DNA of 64,000 nt, from the NCBI GenBank assembly GCA_000002435.2, contig CM018792.1; one strand, written 5' to 3'. Below, in pieces: positions 57,656 through 64,000 of this stretch. Positions within the stretch are counted from its first letter, which is position 1, and each line of letters begins with the position of its first letter. Both the position numbers and the translations under genes were made by a program. Below the pieces are notes generated by a model. It had not been told where the DNA came from. It made no database searches and was given only the letters and a program-made list of their open reading frames with translations. Origin of the DNA: Giardia intestinalis. Lineage: Eukaryota.

Positions 57656-58606
57656 TCACACTGTGTTTTTGTATTGCTCAACTTTGAGAATGTCGGTCAC
57701 TCTTGCGTAACACTTGGGGCACCTGTCTCGCTGAGGCACCAGCGGGCTCCCTATTGTGACAATCAGGTGCCTGCATGGCGCTATGAGATAGATGTCCGAG
57801 CCGGGTGGCCCGTACATCGTGCTCGATGGTTGAGTCAATACACTACTGAGTTGCGTAATCAGCCCACGGAGCTCTGCTGTGCTTGCTTCGATCCGTTCGG
57901 CACTTTGTCGACTGTGCTGAATATCTTTCTGCTTGTCTGCGATGGCTTGCCTCAAGGCCTCTGCTTCCTGCATAAGCGCACTGCTGGTGCTCTGGACCAC
58001 TTGGTCAGACTCAAGTTCGTGGTGGCGTCTTGCAATCCCAAACCTTGTTGAGATGGACGGGTCATTGTTCTTCAGGGCGTCTGTGATGGAGCTCCCCTTA
58101 GCTTCTGAGCCAGAATACTCGGTTGTCTCAGTAATTTCTTCTAGCTGGTTTTTCATGATCTCATTTTTTTCGCGTAATTGTGCCGATATGGCAATCAATC
58201 TATCGTACTCTTCGCATTTATTAATGTAAATACCTTCTAGCTCTACCTTTTTGGCTTCGCAATCTGTGATAACCTGTTGGGAGTCCTTTATCGTATCTGA
58301 GAGAATGTTGATGGCTTCCTTGACAGGGCTTATCGTATTATTTACCAATAGGAGCTGTGCTCGCAAATCCGACGCAGTAGAGGTTACTTCCTGCAAAGTC
58401 TTATTGAGTCTCTTCCTTGTGTCTAAAAGCTGCATCCGCCTAGCGTACTTTTCGTCAAGTTGACTTGCATTGCCACTGATCGTGCTCCCCTGGTCCAACA
58501 GTTCAGTAATGCTCATCAAGTTATCACCTTGGCCGTCAAATGTGGATACTGCATACTCCCGAGAGAAGGCTTCGGCCCTTTCGGCCCGATTTGCAACAGT
58601 GGCCAT
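57656..58606 (-). CDS. coiled-coil protein with C-terminal C-x-H...C-P-K-C zinc knuckle (paralogous tail to the gene downstream)
   Basis: Heptad-rich body; tail IAPCRHLIVTIGSPLVPQRDRCPKCYARVTDILKVEQY. The track start at 58615 is TTG; the ATG (MATVANR) is at complement 58604-58606. Confidence 0.5.
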   Translation of the reverse strand: MATVANRAERAEAFSREYAVSTFDGQGDNLMSITELLDQGSTISGNASQLDEKYARRMQLLDTRKRLNKTLQEVTSTASDLRAQLLLVNNTISPVKEAINILSDTIKDSQQVITDCEAKKVELEGIYINKCEEYDRLIAISAQLREKNEIMKNQLEEITETTEYSGSEAKGSSITDALKNNDPSISTRFGIARRHHELESDQVVQSTSSALMQEAEALRQAIADKQKDIQHSRQSAERIEASTAELRGLITQLSSVLTQPSSTMYGPPGSDIYLIAPCRHLIVTIGSPLVPQRDRCPKCYARVTDILKVEQYKNTV

Positions 58607-58634
58607 ATACAACAAATTTTAAAACCTGGCTTTA

Positions 58635-60017
58635 CTAAGAGGACTGGAGGTGAGAAAACATGTCGATGAGTTCATCATTACCAGTGGCATCTGCATAGTA
58701 TAAAGGCCCATGGCCCTCGTTATCAGCAATATCTCCCTCCACATCTTTCAGTAAGTGCACAACACTTAACTGTTCGTTTTCAATGGCATATAAAAGAGCC
58801 GTGTATCCCTCTGGTGTTTGCATTCGGGCCTCTTTTGTCATCAGAAGCTTGACTATGTCAGCATAGCCCGATTCGGCTGCAAGCATTAGTGCAGTTTTCC
58901 CATCCAGACAAGTCAACCCAACTTCTCTTTCTAACAGAAGGGATGTAACCTCAATAGAATTAGTATTTGCCGCTTGCATTAGCGCTGTGTAACCGTGCTG
59001 ATTCTGTATCCCGGCCTCGTGTGGTGCGAGGATCTCGACCACCTCATAGTGCATGTTCATTGCAGCCATGTACAAGGCAGTACTGCCCTCCTTATTTCTC
59101 TTCTTTAGACAGCTCTTCTTCTCGACCAGTTTCCTTACTAGCTCTGCATGGCCATTCATTGCGGCACACATCAGAGGGGTGCAACCCATGGAGTCTGCGA
59201 TGTCCCCTTCCTTTTCAAGAAGTAAGTCCAGGAAGTGATCATAGTTCTTGAGGCAGGCCAGCATGAGAGCGGTGGTACCATCTGTCCTTCTCATCCCGAT
59301 CTCCATGCGTAGCTTATTAGCGTAGGTAACGTTGTTCTGCTGTACTGCTGCCATAAGTGCAGTTGACCCGTCCTTGCGTGCTCGGCGGTGCTCAAGCGGA
59401 AGAAGGAGCTCGAACGCTTCTGGAAAGTCCGACTCAACGGAGATTATCAGTGCAGATACCCCGCTGGAAGACTGCATCTTTGCTTCCTTCTTCAATAGCA
59501 AGCTGACCATGTCTAGCTGCTTGGTACTGACTGCGCGCATCAGGGCAGTTGACCCATCAACCATCTGCATGCGGGCCTCCTTGTCAACAAGGATAGACGC
59601 CGCCTCTATCTGCTTACCGACGATAGCCATGATCAAGGCAGTAGTTCCGTTGCTCGACTGCATCTTGACCTCTTTTGGGAGAAGGATCTTCATGCATTCC
59701 GTATGGCCCTTACTGGCCGCTAACATCAGCGCTGTAAAGCCATCGTTTGTAGTCATCCGGGCCTCGGACTGCACCAAAAGCTGAACACAGGCAATGTGCC
59801 CTGTCTGTGCAGCAACCATCAGTGCTGTAAATCCGTTGACGTCGGCCATTCGCGCCTCCTTAGGTATCAAAAGCGAGACAAGGCTGTCATACCCTCTCTC
59901 TGCAGCGTAGAATAGAGCTGTTCTCTTTTGTGCGTCCACTTTCCCCAAGCATTGCTGCAGGACCTCCTTAGCATCATCCGGCCTCCCTGCACAAATGAGA
60001 TCGATGGCGACGGACAT
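58635..60017 (-). CDS. ankyrin-repeat protein (about 13 ANK repeats, 21.1-like)
   Basis: Repeating G-TALM.AA..GH...V..LL motifs throughout 460 aa; ATG at complement 60015-60017. Confidence 0.65.
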   Translation of the reverse strand: MSVAIDLICAGRPDDAKEVLQQCLGKVDAQKRTALFYAAERGYDSLVSLLIPKEARMADVNGFTALMVAAQTGHIACVQLLVQSEARMTTNDGFTALMLAASKGHTECMKILLPKEVKMQSSNGTTALIMAIVGKQIEAASILVDKEARMQMVDGSTALMRAVSTKQLDMVSLLLKKEAKMQSSSGVSALIISVESDFPEAFELLLPLEHRRARKDGSTALMAAVQQNNVTYANKLRMEIGMRRTDGTTALMLACLKNYDHFLDLLLEKEGDIADSMGCTPLMCAAMNGHAELVRKLVEKKSCLKKRNKEGSTALYMAAMNMHYEVVEILAPHEAGIQNQHGYTALMQAANTNSIEVTSLLLEREVGLTCLDGKTALMLAAESGYADIVKLLMTKEARMQTPEGYTALLYAIENEQLSVVHLLKDVEGDIADNEGHGPLYYADATGNDELIDMFSHLQSS

Positions 60018-60060
60018 GGACGCAACAACCCAAAATGTGAAAGTTATTTACACAAAGGCC

Positions 60061-60654
60061 TCAGGCATTGGTGCACCTTACTGTGTGGATATCGGGAATA
60101 TATTTCTTGAACTCCCCAATCACGAAGGTGTTCATTGTGGTAGTGGATTTGGAGCACCCAGAGCAGTTGCCGTGCAACTCAATATAGACTACAAGTCCCT
60201 TGTCGGTTACTTCGTGCCGCCTATAGCTACATGACCCGCCATCACGAGCTAAAAACGGATTTATGGCGGCTCTTATCAGGAGTTCAGACGCTCTGCGAAT
60301 GTTATTGGGTGCCCGTGGTCCAGTGCTTAGCATCTCTTGTATAGCTAATCGTAGCTCATCTGGCGTGTGAGGAGTGCTAGGATCAAAGGCCGCGTAGAGC
60401 TTATCCTCTATTGCAGAGCGGACTGATGGCCAAATGCCCTGGCTTCTAACTGTAAGAGTAACTCCAGTAGGGCTGATGGACAGCTTTTTAACACCCTTCA
60501 CTTTCATCAGATCGTTTTGAAGAGAAGGTGCCTCTGGAACTAGCCCGTCGAACGCCATAATATAGCTTCGTGGTTTGGAGCTTTGAGATGACGTAATAAG
60601 CAAGTTCCTGGTTACCAGCCCTAGCATGCTGTGCGTAGGTAGAAGTGACAGCAT
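60061..60654 (-). CDS. NFU1: NFU1-type iron-sulfur cluster scaffold with N-terminal presequence-like extension (candidate mitosomal protein)
   Basis: The C-terminal LVVYIELHGNCSGCSKSTTTMNTFV matches the NifU C-x2-C motif; the Nfu N-domain-like region is AFDGLVPEAPSLQNDLMKVKGV. The track start (GTG at 60684) is replaced by ATG at complement 60652-60654. The N-terminus MLSLLPTHSMLGLVTRNLLITSSQSSKPRSY is basic and hydroxylated with no acidic residues. Confidence 0.6.
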   Translation of the reverse strand: MLSLLPTHSMLGLVTRNLLITSSQSSKPRSYIMAFDGLVPEAPSLQNDLMKVKGVKKLSISPTGVTLTVRSQGIWPSVRSAIEDKLYAAFDPSTPHTPDELRLAIQEMLSTGPRAPNNIRRASELLIRAAINPFLARDGGSCSYRRHEVTDKGLVVYIELHGNCSGCSKSTTTMNTFVIGEFKKYIPDIHTVRCTNA

Positions 60655-60685
60655 TGCGTCCTGCGCTCTGTACACTTTGTACACT

Positions 60686-63600
60686 TTAAAGAAAATCGAA
60701 GCTGCCCGTATTTATGAATGTCAAAGCCCTCACCTTCATTTCCAAAAAGGCATGGAATAAGAGCTTGCGATCACGCCACTCAAGGGCGCGCTTCTCTTGA
60801 ACGCGGTAGATAGCATTCTCACGTGCAGTGCGCTTCCACCTGCGAATGAGACGGTAGAAACGGGTGCGTTGCTGCGTGTCATAGTGCTTATTAAGCATCT
60901 TAGCCTGGCACCATGAAGCCATGATGCGCGAAAGAAGGTTACGCTTGTAGTGTTCATGAAGATACCTGTAACACATTTCGAGCCTTTGATGCCGCTCCAG
61001 GATAGCTGTATATGCACTTAGCATACGCCGACTGCGCTGCTGCTCTTCTATTAAAAGCAGCCCAGTGGCGAGTGCTCTGGTATGAATGTGCCAAATCCGG
61101 ATAAGATATCGCTTCTGCAAGGCTTCAGCTTTGATGAGCAGCTCTTCCTGATTAATAATGTACTGATCTCTCCACCCAAAGAAGGCCATTTTCACCAAGA
61201 CCTTCTCAATCCACATCTCCTGGATGACGCGCCGATTACGCTCTTGTCGAGTTCTCTTCAAGAACGCTCTCAGATAGAAGCGCCTTTGGAATAGCATCAC
61301 TAATGCACAGTTCTTAGCATCTTGCTCCCGGTAAGCTTCTATCAGTGTTGCAAATATCCTCTTCACAAGAGCGCGATCTTTGGCACGAGCATGCTCAATT
61401 GCGATCTTCTCTAAATAGAGGTCCTTATAAGTAGTGCGCAGATGGCGAAGCGCAGTTGTACAGAGACGCCGATCTATATTTTGTTGTAGAATCATATACC
61501 TTTTCCGCCTTGCCACAACCAAGTTGTGAAGCATTAGTAGAACGAGACGTGCTCTCCATGCATTCTCCAATCGGGTGTTGGCAATAGAATTCTCAGAGAA
61601 AAGAAGGAACCAGTTTCTGAAGGCTACACTGGCCACTCTATGGTTTATCCGGATGGCCAACTCCACTTCTGCCTGATTCAGATGACGCAGACGCCGAGCC
61701 CAAGTCCAGAAAGCTCTCCTCTGAAAGTAGCTCTCAAACAGAGCCCGGCTATAGCACACCTCCTCGACAACGCCGGTGTGCCAAGAAGATATGCACCTGT
61801 GTAATGTCAGTGAATCCCTTCGCGTTTGAAATTGGAGTACCTTAATCCCGAGTTGAAGATTGGTCAGTGCTCTATGTAAAAGATACCTATTTGAAATACG
61901 CGAATCGTTGTTTATAAGCCTTACTGTGAAGAAGTGCCATATCATAAATGCGTGCCTGAGCAACCTAACTCTATGAATGGCATCTCCTTTCTCTAAAGAT
62001 CGTTGTTCACAAGCCAACGAAAAGATGTGGTGCCAGCGCCAGAAAAAGCGCCTGAATATTCGCTTTTGATGATAGTTTATAGCGTCATTAAGTTGGTCTC
62101 GTCGCATAGCATATAGAAACCGCCACCTGCTGAATATATCCGCTACTATAGCCTGGTTTCTATTAAGTTGCCGCGATACACTGCGCTCTCTGAGGCCACT
62201 AGCAGCATGGTGGGCCATCAAAGTGCCACGCTGTCCTAACGTGAGACAGTCATCTAGTGCTTCAAACAAGCTTTCCGGACAAGACGGGTCGTTTGTTAAT
62301 GTGGTGTAGATATGATCAATTATTGCCTGAGGATCTTCATGCTGCCTAAGCATATGCATCACCGAGTCATAGAGGTCCTTGTTATACCGTGGAAGAGTGG
62401 CAGCAAACAGATTGAGTCCATTGTATAGAGAGACCCTTAGCTTCCAAGCATCAAACGCCCAAATCAGCAGGTTGACTTGGTGTTTCTCTGCTATGTATTC
62501 AATTATTCTTTTCTCCATCAGCTCTCTACGCCACAAGATTAGTGCTTTGTGCTGGAGTCTCTTGAGGAGTACCTCTTGCACGCTCAGTAGGCGGTGAGAA
62601 CGACGGGCAGCCCACTTGATAGCCTGGAATGCCTTTTGAAGTGCTCTGCGACGATGCTTGGCCTCTAAGTACCGTTGGTTTTTATGCTTATCTGATTCCA
62701 TTAGGCTGAACAACTGCCATCTTCTGAGGCAATGCATAAGAACATGGTTCTTGCTATCAGGAGCCAACTGAGAGGATAGGTGATCAATATCGACGTCTCT
62801 GAGATACTTCAAAGGTCGCTTATCGTGTCGATAGTAGTCAGACAATCCAACAATCTTCTTAATAGTTCGCAGAGTTGGGCAATCGTTGAGAACCTCTGAG
62901 CGCATATCTCCAATCATTGCCCCGAGGGCCAAGAGCCCCAGAGCAGCGTAGGTAGGGTGCTGCTTGTTAGGTGGTGCTTTTATGAAGTATGAATTAGAAC
63001 AGTTGTACGGTGTATCTAACAAAAGACTGAATCTGTATGCTAGGAGCTCACTTCGCCATGCGTTCAAGGACTGGCGCAAAAGGAACTGATTATGTCTACT
63101 GGCAGTAACACGCTCCATTCTGCGTAAGAGCAGTGCATATCGCCATTCGCGTAGTATGAGAATCATCCGCCTGTTTTGTAGTATGCCCATAAAGCTATTC
63201 CCTAAAGAGTCTGTATAAACGAGCTTTCTATGGAGATCGCTTAATACTACCCGTTGAATTTGAATATTCTTAAAGTGCAGGGAGTCGTGTCTGGCTGTTT
63301 CCACAAAGATGATGCATCGCTGTCTCCATGCATTGAATGCCCGAGAAAGAAGCTTATTGGCATCATTAACTGCAAAGCAGGTAAGTAGGGTGTTGTATCC
63401 ATGAACTTTGCGCCAGGAAAAGAAGGAGATTGACATAAGGAGCCTGTCTCTGATGTGCAGCATTAGGGAAAAGGATAACTCCAAAGACTGAAGTCTGCTC
63501 TTCCAGGAAGTCAGCGCTCTCAGAGCTAAGTTGCGCCCCGCAATGGTCTGCATTAGGCAGCCGGCTGAATACATCTGCGAATCCTGTGATGGCAAGTTAG

Positions 63601-63970
63601 GGTCTAGGTACTTATATGGAGCATTTAATCGCTTGTGAAGATCAAGGTATCGGCTCAGCATAGCATAGAACGCGCACTTCCTAAGATAGCGTACACTCCA
63701 TTGCCCGTAGTGCAGGTCTGCTAGTGTTGTCTGGGATACAATGGTTTGGTGCTTATCCAGGAGCACATGAAAGATAACGGTAATAACAGTCAGTATCACC
63801 CTGTCTCTACGCTCCATCCCGTGGGTATCAAGAACAGGGACAGACATGCGCATGAGCAGTGAACATAGCAGGATGAAGTTCTTATTATGACGCTTGAGTT
63901 CTTTATACACCTGCTTGAGCCCTTGCTGTCTAGCCCTCCATGCTTGGAATCCAGATCTCAAAGTGTGCAT
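60686..63970 (-). CDS. Sfi1-like protein: about 20 tandem W-[RK]-containing repeats (centrin-binding repeat type)
   Basis: Recurrent [LF]-x2-[AS]-[FL]-x2-W-[RKH] units about every 30 aa (FQAWRAR, AFNAWRQR, SLNAWRSE, ILREWRYA, CLRRWQLF, AIKWAARR, LILWRRE, AFDAWKLR, FFWRWHH, FMIWHFF, AFWTWARR, AFRNWFL, ENAWRAR, FFGWRDQ, IRIWHIH, MASWCQA, IRRWKRT, ALEWRDR) fit the Sfi1 consensus A-x7-LL-x3-F/L-x2-W-R/K. Confidence 0.45.
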   Translation of the reverse strand: MHTLRSGFQAWRARQQGLKQVYKELKRHNKNFILLCSLLMRMSVPVLDTHGMERRDRVILTVITVIFHVLLDKHQTIVSQTTLADLHYGQWSVRYLRKCAFYAMLSRYLDLHKRLNAPYKYLDPNLPSQDSQMYSAGCLMQTIAGRNLALRALTSWKSRLQSLELSFSLMLHIRDRLLMSISFFSWRKVHGYNTLLTCFAVNDANKLLSRAFNAWRQRCIIFVETARHDSLHFKNIQIQRVVLSDLHRKLVYTDSLGNSFMGILQNRRMILILREWRYALLLRRMERVTASRHNQFLLRQSLNAWRSELLAYRFSLLLDTPYNCSNSYFIKAPPNKQHPTYAALGLLALGAMIGDMRSEVLNDCPTLRTIKKIVGLSDYYRHDKRPLKYLRDVDIDHLSSQLAPDSKNHVLMHCLRRWQLFSLMESDKHKNQRYLEAKHRRRALQKAFQAIKWAARRSHRLLSVQEVLLKRLQHKALILWRRELMEKRIIEYIAEKHQVNLLIWAFDAWKLRVSLYNGLNLFAATLPRYNKDLYDSVMHMLRQHEDPQAIIDHIYTTLTNDPSCPESLFEALDDCLTLGQRGTLMAHHAASGLRERSVSRQLNRNQAIVADIFSRWRFLYAMRRDQLNDAINYHQKRIFRRFFWRWHHIFSLACEQRSLEKGDAIHRVRLLRHAFMIWHFFTVRLINNDSRISNRYLLHRALTNLQLGIKVLQFQTRRDSLTLHRCISSWHTGVVEEVCYSRALFESYFQRRAFWTWARRLRHLNQAEVELAIRINHRVASVAFRNWFLLFSENSIANTRLENAWRARLVLLMLHNLVVARRKRYMILQQNIDRRLCTTALRHLRTTYKDLYLEKIAIEHARAKDRALVKRIFATLIEAYREQDAKNCALVMLFQRRFYLRAFLKRTRQERNRRVIQEMWIEKVLVKMAFFGWRDQYIINQEELLIKAEALQKRYLIRIWHIHTRALATGLLLIEEQQRSRRMLSAYTAILERHQRLEMCYRYLHEHYKRNLLSRIMASWCQAKMLNKHYDTQQRTRFYRLIRRWKRTARENAIYRVQEKRALEWRDRKLLFHAFLEMKVRALTFINTGSFDFL

Positions 63971-64000
63971 AACTGCTCTCTGCTTAATAATGCATTCAAT

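Overview
This is a gene-dense, apparently intron-free eukaryotic window with the hallmarks of a Giardia-type diplomonad genome. Hallmarks seen in the sequence: a high-cysteine membrane protein (HCMP) gene with CXXC/GGCY motifs and a CRGK-type tail; many ankyrin-repeat ('21.1'-like) and coiled-coil genes; AGTRAAY poly(A) signals a few nucleotides after stop codons; very short, shared or overlapping intergenic regions.

The window holds about 40 protein-coding genes on both strands and one tRNA-Asn(GUU).

Products recognised from motifs:
- UDP-glucose pyrophosphorylase
- DNA polymerase epsilon subunit B
- PP2A scaffold subunit A
- ribosomal protein S27e
- a tandem-domain rhodanese-like protein lacking both catalytic Cys
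- GINS Psf2
- Mob1
- an eIF-2B-family subunit
- a Brix-domain protein
- CCT/TCP-1 alpha
- cyclophilin
- a HECT E3 ligase with a polytopic N-terminal membrane domain
- C2H2 zinc-finger proteins
- an NFU1-type Fe-S scaffold with a presequence-like N-terminus
- a protein with an N-terminal HeH/LEM-like domain plus two TM helices (Src1/Man1-like architecture)
- a very long protein with about 20 Sfi1-type (centrin-binding) W-R repeats

The stand-out anomaly is an extremely GC-rich island of about 5 kb, at roughly 16900-22050. Its composition boundary lies inside the 3' half of the otherwise canonical HCMP gene. It contains two co-directional, in-frame ORFs (772 and 524 aa) separated by a single TAG plus 12 nt. 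Third-codon-position GC is near saturation, and the predicted proteins are Ala/Arg/Gly/Pro-rich with no recognisable domains. NotI sites sit 4 nt outside the outer start and stop codons. Two unusually long AT-rich ORF-free spacers (about 1.25 and 1.35 kb) bracket the HCMP-plus-island block.

Other points of interest:
- Two adjacent coiled-coil genes end in the same C-x-H...C-P-K-C zinc knuckle (SP-RING-like pattern), and their ANK + CC-Zn architecture is fused in one gene and split between two in the neighbours.
- Two pairs of genes have start/start or stop/start codons only 9 and 1 nt apart.

Caveat: several ORF-track starts are TTG/GTG; where checked I re-anchored genes to the first in-frame ATG.
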